From the NCBI GenBank assembly GCA_016781485.1, contig JADDQH010000002.1, forward strand, positions 4,783 through 68,782: a DNA stretch of 64,000 bases. The letters run 5' to 3'. Under the pieces are notes generated by a model. The model was not told the origin of the DNA, searched no databases, and worked only from the letters and a program-made list of their open reading frames with translations. Both the position numbers and the translations under genes were made by a program. Origin of the DNA: Chloroflexota bacterium. Lineage in GTDB: Bacteria > Chloroflexota > Limnocylindria > Limnocylindrales > CSP1-4. Below, piece by piece: positions 29,212 through 39,298 of the stretch; the stretch's first letter is position 1, and each line of letters begins with the position of its first letter.

Positions 29212-29892
29212 GTGACAGGCAGGCGCCGAAGCGATGAACACGACTGGCTCGGGCTGACGGAGGCGAGCTCCGTCGTCGGCGTGTCACCCGCCACGCTCCG
29301 CCGTTGGAGCGACACCGGGCGGATCAAGACGTTCACCACGCCCGGCGGGCACCGCCGGTTCTCCCGAGCTGCGCTCGAGCGGCTCCTCCCACGGGACCGG
29401 GAGCGGCGTCCGACCTTCGCGGTCCTCGGCGTGACACCCGAGCGCGTGGCGCGGGCCTGCCGCAGGCAGGTCCGTCGCTCGACGGCGGACGTGCCGTGGC
29501 TCCTCTCGCTCGACGATCGGCAGCGTGAGCTCTTCCGGGAGCACGGTCGACGGCTCGCGGCGTCGCTGCTCCGCTACCTGGACGTGGATCGGCCGCAAGA
29601 GCAGGAGAAGCAACTGAAGGAGGCGTCAGCGGAGGCCGCCGAGTACGGTCGAGAGGCGGCCGCGCTCGGGCTGTCGCTCAGCCAGTCCGTCGAAGGATTC
29701 CTTCGGTTCCGGAGCCCGTTCATCGCCGAGATGGCTGCGGTCGCGCGGCGTCGCGGCCTGGACACGGCCGAGGCGACGGAGTTGCTGCAGACCGCGGAGC
29801 AGGCGATGGACCACCTGCTCGTCGCGACGATGACGGGCCACGGCGCAGGGTCCGCCGGGGACGGACTCGAGAGCGAGCGGACGGCGGGATGA
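29212..29892 (+). CDS. MerR/excisionase-type HTH DNA-binding protein with a helical C-terminal domain
   Basis: The HTH is LGLTEASSVVGVSPATLRRWSDTGRIKTFTTPGGHRRF. Its stop overlaps the hemA start (ATGA at 29889). Confidence 0.7.
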   Translation: MTGRRRSDEHDWLGLTEASSVVGVSPATLRRWSDTGRIKTFTTPGGHRRFSRAALERLLPRDRERRPTFAVLGVTPERVARACRRQVRRSTADVPWLLSLDDRQRELFREHGRRLAASLLRYLDVDRPQEQEKQLKEASAEAAEYGREAAALGLSLSQSVEGFLRFRSPFIAEMAAVARRRGLDTAEATELLQTAEQAMDHLLVATMTGHGAGSAGDGLESERTAG

Positions 29893-31046
29893 GCGCTCCT
29901 CCGTCCCCCTACCTCGTCGCCCTGACGGCGCACGCGCATGATGTCCCGGCCGAGGAGCGCGAGCGCTTTCGTCGAACCCTGGCGGGGAGACGCCTGACCG
30001 GCGGCGTGACGCTCGTCACGTGCCACCGCGTGGAGGCGTACCTCGAACCCGGGCCGCTCACCGATGAGCTGGAGCGAGAGCTGCCCCACGGGGGGCGACG
30101 ACTCGAGGACGCCGCCGCGGCCGCGCGGGCGGTCAGACTCGCGCTCGGACTCGAAAGCACGGTCCTCGCTGAAGACCAGGTACTCCATCAGCTGCGGGAG
30201 GCGGTCGAGACGGCGCGCGCTCGCGGCCGCCTGGCCGAGCCGACCGAGCGGCTCTTCCGGATCGCGCTCCGTGAGGGCCGCCGGACGCGCGCGTGGCAGG
30301 ACCGACCGCCTCGTTCCCTCGCAGACGTGGCGATGGAGCGGCTCGAGCGGGCGCTCGGGACGCTCAACGGTCGAAGGTTGCTCGTCGTCGGGACGGGCGA
30401 GATGGGGCGGCTGCTCCTGCGCGCCGCGGGCGATCGGGGAGCGCTCGTCGCCGTCGCCGGGCGCGACGCCGCGCGGTCTCTGGCAACGGCGGCAGCGGCC
30501 GGCGCGGACGTGCAGCGACTTGATCCCGGTCGCGCCCTCGCGACGTTCGACGCGATCGCGATCGCCCTCGCAGCCCGATGGGAGCTGGGGGAGACGGGCC
30601 GCGACGTGCTGCGTCGATCGCGACCCGTCGTCGTCGACCTGTCTGCCCCTTCCGCGCTCGGGGAGGACTCGCAGCATGATCTGGGCGAGCGGTTCATCTC
30701 GATCGACGACCTTGCGGGGACCATCGGTGAGCGCGCGGACGACAGACTGCGCGGACGCCTGGAAGCCGTGGCTGAGGCGGCCGCCGCGGAGTTCCTGCGC
30801 TGGCTGGACTCGCGCCACTCGACGGTCGCGAGCCGAGAGATCGCCGTGCGCGCGGAGGGGGAGCGGATCGCGGAGCTGGAGCACCTGTGGCGCCGACTAC
30901 CGCATCTGGGCGAACAGGAGCGAGCGGCGATCGATGGGATGAGCCGACATCTTGCGTCGCGGATCCTCCGCGAGCCGCTCGCCCGCCTCGGCGAGGACGA
31001 GGACGGGCGTCGCGCCGCCGCAGCGCGGGACCTGTTCGGGCTGTGA
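29889..31046 (+). CDS. hemA: Glutamyl-tRNA reductase (short form, 385 aa)
   Basis: Catalytic Cys motif (LVTCHRVEAY) and NADPH-binding site (LLVVGTGEMG). Confidence 0.8.
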   Translation: MSAPPSPYLVALTAHAHDVPAEERERFRRTLAGRRLTGGVTLVTCHRVEAYLEPGPLTDELERELPHGGRRLEDAAAAARAVRLALGLESTVLAEDQVLHQLREAVETARARGRLAEPTERLFRIALREGRRTRAWQDRPPRSLADVAMERLERALGTLNGRRLLVVGTGEMGRLLLRAAGDRGALVAVAGRDAARSLATAAAAGADVQRLDPGRALATFDAIAIALAARWELGETGRDVLRRSRPVVVDLSAPSALGEDSQHDLGERFISIDDLAGTIGERADDRLRGRLEAVAEAAAAEFLRWLDSRHSTVASREIAVRAEGERIAELEHLWRRLPHLGEQERAAIDGMSRHLASRILREPLARLGEDEDGRRAAAARDLFGL

Positions 31047-32707
31047 ACGTCACTCCGTCACCCCGCACCGTGGTCCGACTCGGCACGCGTGGCAGCGCGC
31101 TCGCGCGGGCGCAGACGGAGCTGGTCGCCCAGGGGCTGCGGGAGCACGGGAGCGAGGTCGAGCTGGTGGTCGTCCAGACGGCAGGGGACCGCCGCGCGCC
31201 GGACACGGCGTGGGGGGAAGGCGCCTTCGTCGCCGCGCTCGAAGAGGCGCTCCTGGCGGGACGGGTCGATGTCGCGGTCCACAGCGCCAAGGACCTGCCC
31301 ACTCGACAGGACGAGCGCCTCACGATCGCTGCGTATCTTCCACGTGCCGACCCCCGTGACGCGCTCGTCTGCCGCGAGCGTGGCGGGACACTCGCGACCC
31401 TGCCTGCGGGCTCGCGCGTCGGGACCGACAGCCCGAGGCGCACCGGCTTCCTCCTGGCGCAGCGACCGGACCTTCACGTCCACCCTCTCAGCGGCAACGT
31501 CGACACGCGGCTGAGGAGACTGGATTCGGGTGAGACCGACGCCCTCGTACTCGCTGTCGCCGGGCTTGCCCGACTCGGGCGAGCCGACAGGATCGATGAG
31601 TTACTCGATCCCGGCGTCGTGCCGCCGGCACCAGGGCAGGGGGCGATCGCGGTGCAGATACGGGCGGACGACGCGACCACAGCGTCGCTGGTCGGCGGTC
31701 TCGACGACGACGAGACACGAGCCGCGGTCGAGGGCGAGCGGGCCTTCCTCCGGTCGTCCGGAGGCGGCTGTCGTGCTCCGATCGGGAGCCTCGCCCGCGT
31801 CGCCGGGGAGGAACTCCTGATCCGGGGTGGCTATGTGCGGCCGGACGGCAGCGCATCGGCGTGGGCAGAAGTCCGGGGAGACGTCTCGGCAGCGGCTCGC
31901 CTCGGGTCAGCCCTCGCCGCCCAGCTCGGCTCGCGCCTCGGCGTCGCCCGTCCGCCTCGTGTCCTGGTGACGCGTCCGGCCGCGCAGGCGCAGCCTCTGA
32001 TCGAGTCGCTGCGGGTCCGTGGTCTCGACCCCGTGCTGGTGCCCGCGATCGAGATAGAGCAGTCGGAAGATGGGGAACTCGATGCCGCCGCGGACCGGCT
32101 GGCGGACTACGACTGGGTCGTCGTGACGAGCGCCAACGGTGCGGAGGCGATGGTCGAAGCGGCGAAGCGAGCGGGGCGCCACACGGCGTGGCCGCGGTGC
32201 GCCGCGGTGGGCGCAGCAACGGCTAGCGCCCTCTCCGACCGAGGGATCCGCGTGGAGGTGCAGCCGGACCGCTCCACCGCCGCCGACCTCGCGCGCGCGA
32301 TACCGGTGGCGCGGGGAGACCGCGTCCTCGTCGCTCGTGCCGAGATCGCGCCTGCCGAGCTTCCGGAGCTCCTCCGCGCTCGTGGCGCTGTCGTCGACGA
32401 GGTCGTCGCGTACCGCACGCGGGAAGCGCCCGAGACGTCGCGGGGGCCACTCGAGGCCGCACTCGATGGCGATCGGCTCGCTTCGATCGTATTCACGAGC
32501 GGATCGACCGTCCGCGGGCTGCTCGCGCTCGCGGACGAGGAGGGGAGGAGCCGGCTGCGCGGGGTCCCCGCGGTCTGCATCGGGCCGCGCACCGCCGAGG
32601 TCGCGCGCGAGCAGGGGTTCCAGGTGGCAGGGGAAGCGAAGGAGGGCGGCGCTGACTCGCTCGCCGACGTCGTCGCCCAGGTGGCGGCAGGACAACGGAG
32701 GGATTGA
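31043..32707 (+). CDS. hemCD: Fused porphobilinogen deaminase / uroporphyrinogen-III synthase
   Basis: The GTG start overlaps the hemA stop. The HemC part shows [16 protein letters not shown] and the cofactor Cys ([11 protein letters not shown]). A HemD-like half follows ([14 protein letters not shown]...). Confidence 0.85.
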   Translation: MNVTPSPRTVVRLGTRGSALARAQTELVAQGLREHGSEVELVVVQTAGDRRAPDTAWGEGAFVAALEEALLAGRVDVAVHSAKDLPTRQDERLTIAAYLPRADPRDALVCRERGGTLATLPAGSRVGTDSPRRTGFLLAQRPDLHVHPLSGNVDTRLRRLDSGETDALVLAVAGLARLGRADRIDELLDPGVVPPAPGQGAIAVQIRADDATTASLVGGLDDDETRAAVEGERAFLRSSGGGCRAPIGSLARVAGEELLIRGGYVRPDGSASAWAEVRGDVSAAARLGSALAAQLGSRLGVARPPRVLVTRPAAQAQPLIESLRVRGLDPVLVPAIEIEQSEDGELDAAADRLADYDWVVVTSANGAEAMVEAAKRAGRHTAWPRCAAVGAATASALSDRGIRVEVQPDRSTAADLARAIPVARGDRVLVARAEIAPAELPELLRARGAVVDEVVAYRTREAPETSRGPLEAALDGDRLASIVFTSGSTVRGLLALADEEGRSRLRGVPAVCIGPRTAEVAREQGFQVAGEAKEGGADSLADVVAQVAAGQRRD

Positions 32708-33726
32708 TGGCGCTGCAAGTCGAAGTCACACAGCCGAAGGTCACGCGGCGGCTCTCCGCTCGGCCTCGCCGATCACGCCGCACTCCCGCCCTCCGTGCGC
32801 TCGTTCGCGAGACGCGGCTCCACCCGAGCATGTTCATCGCGCCCCTGTTCGTCCGGCCCGGGCGCGGGGTGCGCGAGCCGATCGTGTCGCTCCCCGGTGT
32901 CGAGCGGCTTTCCCCGGACGAAGCGGCGCGGGAGGCGCAGCGTCTCGCCCGTCTCGGCGTCGGCGGCGTGATCCTGTTCGGGCTCCCGGACACGAAGGAC
33001 GCGTTCGGCACCGAGGCATCCGCGTCCGACGGGATCGTGCAGGTGGCGATCGAGCGGATCCGCGACCTCGGGCTGCCGCTGGTCCTCGTTGCCGACACGT
33101 GCCTTTGCGAGTACACCGACCACGGCCACTGCGGGCCGCTCGCGGCGGATCTGAGCGTCGACAACGACGCGGCGTTGGAGCGGCTCGCCGAGACCGCGGT
33201 GGCCCAGGCGCGTGCCGGCGCCGACGTCGTCGCTCCGAGCGCGATGATGGACGGGCAGGTCGGCGCGATCCGAACGGCTCTCAACGACTCCGGCTACGAC
33301 CAGACCCTCGTCATGGCCTACGCGTCCAAGGCTGCCTCGTCCTTCTACGGTCCGTTCCGGGAAGCCGCGGATTCCGCTCCCGCATTCGGCGATCGACGCG
33401 GCTACCAGATGGACCCGGCGAACGGCCGCGAGGCGCTGCGCGAGATGGCACTCGATGTCGAGGAGGGAGCCGACATCCTCCTGGTCAAGCCCGCGCTCCC
33501 GTCGCTCGATCTCGTCGCCGCGGCGCACGATCGCTTCGAGTTGCCTGTCGCCGCGTATCAGGTGAGCGGCGAGTACGCGATGATCGCGGCCGCCGGGGAG
33601 CGAGGATGGGTCGACCGGCGCGCCGTCCTCACCGAGTCCGTGACCTCGATCGCCAGGGCCGGCGCGGACATCGTCATCACCTACGGTGCGGGGGAGCTGG
33701 CCGGCTGGCTGCAGGAGGGATCGTGA
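32707..33726 (+). CDS. hemB: Porphobilinogen synthase (ALA dehydratase), Zn-type
   Basis: Zn-binding Cys cluster ([15 protein letters not shown]), PSAMMDGQV and YQVSGEYAM. The start overlaps the preceding stop (TGATG). Confidence 0.9.
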   Translation: MALQVEVTQPKVTRRLSARPRRSRRTPALRALVRETRLHPSMFIAPLFVRPGRGVREPIVSLPGVERLSPDEAAREAQRLARLGVGGVILFGLPDTKDAFGTEASASDGIVQVAIERIRDLGLPLVLVADTCLCEYTDHGHCGPLAADLSVDNDAALERLAETAVAQARAGADVVAPSAMMDGQVGAIRTALNDSGYDQTLVMAYASKAASSFYGPFREAADSAPAFGDRRGYQMDPANGREALREMALDVEEGADILLVKPALPSLDLVAAAHDRFELPVAAYQVSGEYAMIAAAGERGWVDRRAVLTESVTSIARAGADIVITYGAGELAGWLQEGS

Positions 33727-34418
33727 GCGAAGACCACGAGGACTCGCAGCGGTACATCCAGGCGCTCGCGCTGTCCATCGACCCAGCCTGGCGACGGCTC
33801 GACCCGGTCGAGCGTGCAAGCGACGCCGAGGCGTTCGTCGGCGCGCACGAGGGTGCGAGGCAGGACGGCGTCAGGAGCTTCAGCTACTCGACGGTGGCCA
33901 TCGAGCCCCAGGTCGACCTCCTCCTGTGGCGGATGGGGCCGTCGCTCGAGGCGCTGGAGTGCGCAGGCAGCCGGTTGTTGACCGCGGGCATCGGCCGCTG
34001 GGCGACCGTCAGGCACTCGCTCATCGGCCGCATCGGGCCGTCGCAGTACGTACGCAAGCCGTCGAGCCAGGAACAGTCGCTGTTCGAGGGGGAGCGGTCG
34101 AGATATCTGATCGTCTACCCGTTCACGAAGACGACGGAGTGGTACCTGCTGAGCAAGGAGGCCCGGCAGGGGATCATGAACGAGCACATGCGGGTCGGAC
34201 ACGAGTACCCGGGCGTGCGACAGCTGCTCGCATATTCGTTCGGGCTGGACGATCAGGACTTCGTCGTCGCGTACGAGACAGACGACCTCGTGGAGTTCGG
34301 GGATCTCGTGCGAGCGTTGCGGGCGACGGAGAGCCGACGCTCGACGGTCCGCGATACGCCGATCCTGACCGGCATCCATCGTCCCCTCGACGCCGTCCTC
34401 GGACTCCTCGGGGCGTGA
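33723..34418 (+). CDS. hemQ: Coproheme decarboxylase (HemQ/ChdC, chlorite dismutase-like)
   Basis: The GTG start overlaps the hemB stop (GTGA). The core is [62 protein letters not shown]. Confidence 0.8.
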   Translation: MSEDHEDSQRYIQALALSIDPAWRRLDPVERASDAEAFVGAHEGARQDGVRSFSYSTVAIEPQVDLLLWRMGPSLEALECAGSRLLTAGIGRWATVRHSLIGRIGPSQYVRKPSSQEQSLFEGERSRYLIVYPFTKTTEWYLLSKEARQGIMNEHMRVGHEYPGVRQLLAYSFGLDDQDFVVAYETDDLVEFGDLVRALRATESRRSTVRDTPILTGIHRPLDAVLGLLGA

Positions 34419-34455
34419 CCGCGGTCTCACGACTCGGCCGGCGGCGAGCAGCGGC

Positions 34456-35766
34456 GTGAACGACACGGTTCCCCGGCCGCCGACGGGCGTCGGCCGGACC
34501 CGTGTCCAAGAGGTCGCGGCCCTGGCGGCGGCATCGTTCCCGGGTGGCGTCAACAGCCCTGTCCGCGCGTTCCGGGCCGTCGGGCGCGACCCGGTCGTGC
34601 TGGTGCGGGGAGAAGGCGCCTACGTCCACGACGCCGACGGGACGAGGTACCTCGACTACATCGGCGGCTGGGGGCCCGCCATCCTCGGCCACGCGCATCC
34701 CGCTGTCGTCGAGGCCGTTCGCGACGCTGCCAGCCGAGGCTTCGCGCTCGGCGCCACGCATCCCTCGGAGGTCGAGCTCGCGAGTCGTGTCCGCGCGGCG
34801 ATGCCGAGCATGGAACTCCTGCGGTTCACGTCCTCGGGGACCGAGGCGGCGATGAGCGCCCTGCGGCTCGCGCGCGCCGCCACCGGGCGCGACGTCGTGG
34901 TGAAGTTCGCCGGCGCCTATCACGGTCACGCTGACGCATTCCTCGTCGAGGCGGGCTCCGGGATCGCGACGCAGGGCATCCCGGGGAGTGCGGGTGTCAC
35001 CGAGGCGGTCGCAAGGGACACGATCGTGGTCCCGTTCAACGACCGCGAAGCCGTGTCGCTCGCCTTCGACCGAGATCCCGGGCGGATCGCCGCCGTGATC
35101 GTCGAGCCCGTGGCGGCGAACATCGGCGTCGTCCCACCTGTCCCCGGGTTCCTGGAGCACCTCCGGCAGGTCACGCTTGCGCACGACGCCCTGCTCATCT
35201 TCGACGAGGTGATCACCGGGTTCCGCGTCGGACCGCGCGGTGCTCAGGGGCTGTATGGGATCACCCCCGACCTCACCGTGCTGGGCAAGATCGTCGGCGG
35301 GGGGATGGCGATCGGCGCCTACGGCGGGCGGCGGGACATCATGTCGCTCGTCGCGCCGGTGGGGCCCGTCTATCAGGCGGGGACGCTCTCCGGGCACCCG
35401 CTCGCGATGGCGGCAGGCATCGCCACGCTCGAGCAGCTCCCGCCGGAGCGCTACGCGCTGTTGGAGGCCGTGTCAGCGGAGCTCGAGCGTTGCCTGATCG
35501 CGGCGGCGCGCGACGCCCAGCGCGACGTGTCCGTGATCCGTGTCGGGTCGCTGCTCACCGTCTGGTTCGGGCGCGTGGCCCCGGTCGACGCCGCGGCGGC
35601 CCTCGCCAGCGATCGCGCCGCCTTCGCGCGCTTCTTCGGCGGGATGCTCGACCGGCGGATCCTGCTGCCGCCATCCCAGTTCGAGGCGTGGTTCGTTTCC
35701 CTCGCCCACGGCGGCCGTGAACTCGAAGCGACCATCGATGCCGCGAGCGAGGCGTTCCGCGCATGA
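34456..35766 (+). CDS. hemL: Glutamate-1-semialdehyde 2,1-aminomutase
   Basis: Motifs are GGVNSPVRAF, DEVITGFRV, the PLP lysine (VLGKIVGGG) and GTLSGHPLAMAAG. Confidence 0.9.
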   Translation: MNDTVPRPPTGVGRTRVQEVAALAAASFPGGVNSPVRAFRAVGRDPVVLVRGEGAYVHDADGTRYLDYIGGWGPAILGHAHPAVVEAVRDAASRGFALGATHPSEVELASRVRAAMPSMELLRFTSSGTEAAMSALRLARAATGRDVVVKFAGAYHGHADAFLVEAGSGIATQGIPGSAGVTEAVARDTIVVPFNDREAVSLAFDRDPGRIAAVIVEPVAANIGVVPPVPGFLEHLRQVTLAHDALLIFDEVITGFRVGPRGAQGLYGITPDLTVLGKIVGGGMAIGAYGGRRDIMSLVAPVGPVYQAGTLSGHPLAMAAGIATLEQLPPERYALLEAVSAELERCLIAAARDAQRDVSVIRVGSLLTVWFGRVAPVDAAAALASDRAAFARFFGGMLDRRILLPPSQFEAWFVSLAHGGRELEATIDAASEAFRA

Positions 35767-36908
35767 CGGCAGTCCACCGGCCGACGCCGGTCGTCTCGTC
35801 GCTGAGCCAGCGGCGTGACCGCTTCCTCCGCGCGTGCCGCCGCGAGCCCGTCGACTGCACGCCGGTCTGGTTCATGAGGCAGGCCGGCCGGTCGCTTCCG
35901 GAGTACCGGGCCGTGCGCGAGCGGGCCTCCCTCATCGAGATCACGCGCGACGCCGCGCTGTGCGCCGAGGTGACGCTCCAGCCGGTGGAGCGGCTCGGTG
36001 TCGACGCCGCGATCCTGTTCGCCGACATCACCACCCCGCTCGCGGGCCTCGGAGTGGAGTACGACCTCGTCGAAGGCGTCGGACCCGTGATCGGACGACC
36101 GGTGTCGACGGTCGGGGATGTCGGCCGGCTCCGCGCGTTCGACGCGGCCGAGTCGGTCGGTCCGCTTCTCGAGGCGATCGGGCTCATCCGGGAGGCGTCG
36201 CCCGTTCCCCTCATCGGCTTCGCGGGCGCGCCGTTCACGCTCGCGTGCTACCTCGTGGAGGGACGGCCGTCGCGCGAGTTCCTGGCCACGAAGCGGCTGA
36301 TGAACGAAGATCGCGAGGCGTTCGCGGCGCTGCTCGAGCGGCTCGTCGAGATGACCGTCGCGTATCTCCGCGCGCAGGTGGAGGCCGGCGTCCAGGCGAT
36401 CCAGCTGTTCGACTCGTGGGTCGGCGGTCTGAGCCCGTACGACTACGAGCGGAGCGTCGCGCCGCACGTCCGCCGGCTGTTCCAGCGCCTTGCCGCGCTC
36501 GACGTGCCGACCATCCACTTCGGGACCGGCACGGCCGGACTGCTGCACTCGATGGCCGAGGCGGGCGGGGACGTCATCGGCCTCGACTGGCGCGTGTCGC
36601 TCGCCGACGGTTGGGCGCGCGTGCCGGGCCGCGCCGTCCAGGGCAACCTCGACCCGGCCGCCCTCCTCGGGCCCTTCGAGGCGGTCGAGTCGCAGGCGCG
36701 CTGGATCCTGGAGCAGACGGGAGGCCGCCACGGCCACTTCTTCAACCTCGGGCACGGGGTCCTGCCCGAGACCGATTCCGACGACCTGCGGAGGCTCGTC
36801 GATCTCGTCCACGAGGCGACCGTGACGTGCGGGGGCGGAGGTGGAGGACCGGTCGGCGACGCGCGGGGACGGGACAGCGACGAAGCAGCGGAACCGGTCG
36901 TCGCGTGA
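35763..36908 (+). CDS. hemE: Uroporphyrinogen decarboxylase
   Basis: Motif TPVWFMRQAGRSLPEYR. The start overlaps the hemL stop. Confidence 0.9.
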   Translation: MTAVHRPTPVVSSLSQRRDRFLRACRREPVDCTPVWFMRQAGRSLPEYRAVRERASLIEITRDAALCAEVTLQPVERLGVDAAILFADITTPLAGLGVEYDLVEGVGPVIGRPVSTVGDVGRLRAFDAAESVGPLLEAIGLIREASPVPLIGFAGAPFTLACYLVEGRPSREFLATKRLMNEDREAFAALLERLVEMTVAYLRAQVEAGVQAIQLFDSWVGGLSPYDYERSVAPHVRRLFQRLAALDVPTIHFGTGTAGLLHSMAEAGGDVIGLDWRVSLADGWARVPGRAVQGNLDPAALLGPFEAVESQARWILEQTGGRHGHFFNLGHGVLPETDSDDLRRLVDLVHEATVTCGGGGGGPVGDARGRDSDEAAEPVVA

Positions 36909-37921
36909 CCGCGTTCACCTTCGCCCACGACTGTCCCGCCGACGCCCCCGACCCCTCGACCGGGTCCGCCGACCGCGCTCGTTTCGACTTCACGAAGCCC
37001 GCGGTCCTGCTGATGGCGTACGGGAGTGTCGAATCGCTCGACCAGGTCGAGGCGTACTACACGCACATCCGCCACGGAAGCCCACCGCCGACGGAACTCC
37101 TGGAGGAGTTGCTTGCGCGGTACCGCGCGATCGGCGGCAGCTCTCCGCTGCCCGGGCACACGGAGCGCCAGCGGGCCGGCGTGGAGGCCGAGCTTTCTCG
37201 GCGCGGCCTGGGCGTCCCGGTCTATGCCGCCATGAAGCACATCGACCCGTTCATCGGCGACGTCGTGGCGCGGATGGCGGAGGAGGGGATCACCCACATC
37301 GTGGCCATGGCGCTCGCGCCGCACTTCTCCACGATGAGCATCTGCTCCTACTGCCAGGCGGTCGACGAGGCGCGACGAGGGCCGGGCCGGCCGACCTACG
37401 AGATGGTCCGGAGCTGGCACGACGAGCCGCGCTTGATCGACGCGCTTGCGACGGCGACCCGAGAGGCGCTCGGCCGACTGCCCGCCGAGGTGCCAGCCCA
37501 CGTGGTGTTCACCGCCCACAGCCTGCCCACGCGGATCCTGGAGCGCGGTGACCCGTATCCCGACCTGCTGCTGACGACCGGACGCTCCGTGGCTGAGCGG
37601 CTCGGCATGGACGAAGGGCGGTGGAGCTTCGCCTTCCAGAGTGCCGGGAGGACGCAGGAGCCGTGGCTCGGGCCCGACCTCGGCGAGCATCTCGGCTCGC
37701 TCGCCTCCGGTGGGACCCTCCACGTCGTCGTGTGCCCGGTCGGCTTCGTCTCGGACCACCTCGAGGTGCTGTACGACGTCGACATCGAGGCGCGGGGGCG
37801 TGCCGCCGAGCTCGGCATCACGCTGGAGCGGGCACGGGCGATGAATGACGACGCCACGTTCATCGCCGGTGTCGTCGACGTCCTCGAGCGGTCGCTGTCG
37901 CCGCTCGCCATCACACCCTAG
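36905..37921 (+). CDS. hemH: Ferrochelatase (coproporphyrin ferrochelatase type)
   Basis: The GTG start overlaps the hemE stop. Motifs are AVLLMAYGSVESLDQVEAYYTHIRHG, FTAHSLP and GFVSDHLEVLYD. It ends with TAG at 37919-37921. Confidence 0.85.
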   Translation: MTAFTFAHDCPADAPDPSTGSADRARFDFTKPAVLLMAYGSVESLDQVEAYYTHIRHGSPPPTELLEELLARYRAIGGSSPLPGHTERQRAGVEAELSRRGLGVPVYAAMKHIDPFIGDVVARMAEEGITHIVAMALAPHFSTMSICSYCQAVDEARRGPGRPTYEMVRSWHDEPRLIDALATATREALGRLPAEVPAHVVFTAHSLPTRILERGDPYPDLLLTTGRSVAERLGMDEGRWSFAFQSAGRTQEPWLGPDLGEHLGSLASGGTLHVVVCPVGFVSDHLEVLYDVDIEARGRAAELGITLERARAMNDDATFIAGVVDVLERSLSPLAITP

Positions 37922-37924
37922 GAG

Positions 37925-39298
37925 CTGCGGATCGCGACCAGGGCCGCGGTCGTCGTCGGGGGTGGCGTCGCCGGGCTCCTCGCGGCCGTCGACCTCCTCG
38001 AGAGTGGGTGGGAGGTCACGCTTCTCGAGGCATCGGAGCGGCTCGGCGGTCTCATCCGGACGCAGCGACGCGATGGGCTGATCCTGGAAGACGGGCCGGA
38101 CGCTGTCCTGGCGAACAAGCCAGCGGGCCTTGCCTTGATGCAGCGCCTCGGTCTCGTCGACCAGCTCGGGGCGTCCTCTCCCGGGTCAGCGTCGATCCTG
38201 CGAGCCGGACGACTTCACCCGGTGCCGCCCGGCTCTGTCCTGGGCATCCCCACGCGGGTCCGCTCGGTCCTCGAGTCGCGCCTCCTGAGACCCGGAGACA
38301 AGGGTCGTCTCGCTCTCGACCTCGTTCTTCCTCCACGCCGGTCGCCTGCAGACGAGTCCGTCGGTTCGCTCGTACGCCGGCGGCTCGGCAGCGGGACGAC
38401 CGAGCGACTGGTCGGCCCGCTCCTCGGTGGCATCTACGCCGGCGACGTGGAGCGACTGAGCGCGGGCGCGGCATTCCCGCAGCTCGTCGACTTCGAGCAT
38501 GACGCAGGAAGCCTCATCAGGGGCGCCCGGCGTGCGCGGCGCCGGGGTGGTGGCGCGGCCCAGTTCCTGGCACCGCGTGACGGGATGGAGGTCCTCGTCG
38601 ATCGACTCACCGAACGGCTCGATCGCGCGACCGTCTGCCGTTCGCTCGCGGTCCGGTCGGTCGACCGGATGCGCGGTTCGTACGTGGTGACCGCCGGGGA
38701 TCGCGCGCTTCCCGCGCAGCTGGTCGTGCTCGCCGTCGCACCCCCGGTCGCCGCGAGACTGCTCGAGCCTATCGCGCCAGACGCCGCCTCTGACCTGGCG
38801 CGCATCCGGACGGTCTCGACGGCCGTCGTCCACCTCGCGTACGACCGTGCGTCGAGCCCCACCCTGCAGGTCGGTCACGGGTTCGTCGTCCCGGCCCGTG
38901 AGGGTCTCTCGATCACTGCCGCGACGAACGTTTCGGCGAAATGGCCCCATCGCGGGCGGCGCGACCTGCTTCTCCTGCGGGCGTACTTCGGCCGCGACGG
39001 GTCGGACCCTCTCGAGCTCTCCGACGTGGACCTCATCGGCCGCGCCGCGGCCGAAATCGCGCGGGTCCTCGGGCTGCCCGCCGACCCGGTCCTCGGCCTC
39101 GTCCGTCGCTGGCCGGACTCCATGCCGCAGCCGGAGGTCGGGCACCTCGAGCGCGTCGCCCGCGCCCGAGCGATCCTCGCGCGCGACGCGCCGGGCCTGC
39201 TCCTCGTCGGCGGCGCGTATGACGGCGTCGGCATCCCGGCGATCGCCGCTGGGGTCGCGAGGCAGCTGTCGGCTCGAGCTAGTTCAAGCGCCCCTTGA
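37925..39298 (+). CDS. hemY: Coproporphyrinogen/protoporphyrinogen oxidase (HemY/CgoX type); the start codon is non-canonical or unresolved
   Basis: The frame opens immediately after the hemH TAG, in the same frame. The FAD Rossmann motif (AAVVVGGGVAGL) begins at codon 8 after the TAG. The first canonical start (TTG at 38135) lies about 60 codons after that motif, so CTG 37925 or ATC 37931 is provisionally used. Confidence 0.75.
   Translation: MRIATRAAVVVGGGVAGLLAAVDLLESGWEVTLLEASERLGGLIRTQRRDGLILEDGPDAVLANKPAGLALMQRLGLVDQLGASSPGSASILRAGRLHPVPPGSVLGIPTRVRSVLESRLLRPGDKGRLALDLVLPPRRSPADESVGSLVRRRLGSGTTERLVGPLLGGIYAGDVERLSAGAAFPQLVDFEHDAGSLIRGARRARRRGGGAAQFLAPRDGMEVLVDRLTERLDRATVCRSLAVRSVDRMRGSYVVTAGDRALPAQLVVLAVAPPVAARLLEPIAPDAASDLARIRTVSTAVVHLAYDRASSPTLQVGHGFVVPAREGLSITAATNVSAKWPHRGRRDLLLLRAYFGRDGSDPLELSDVDLIGRAAAEIARVLGLPADPVLGLVRRWPDSMPQPEVGHLERVARARAILARDAPGLLLVGGAYDGVGIPAIAAGVARQLSARASSSAP

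Noticed and set aside
39279-39298. A 20-nt convergent overlap of the hemY and SirB1-like gene 3' ends.
   Set aside because: Both stops are unambiguous and such short convergent overlaps are common in compact genomes. I noted it but do not consider it significant.
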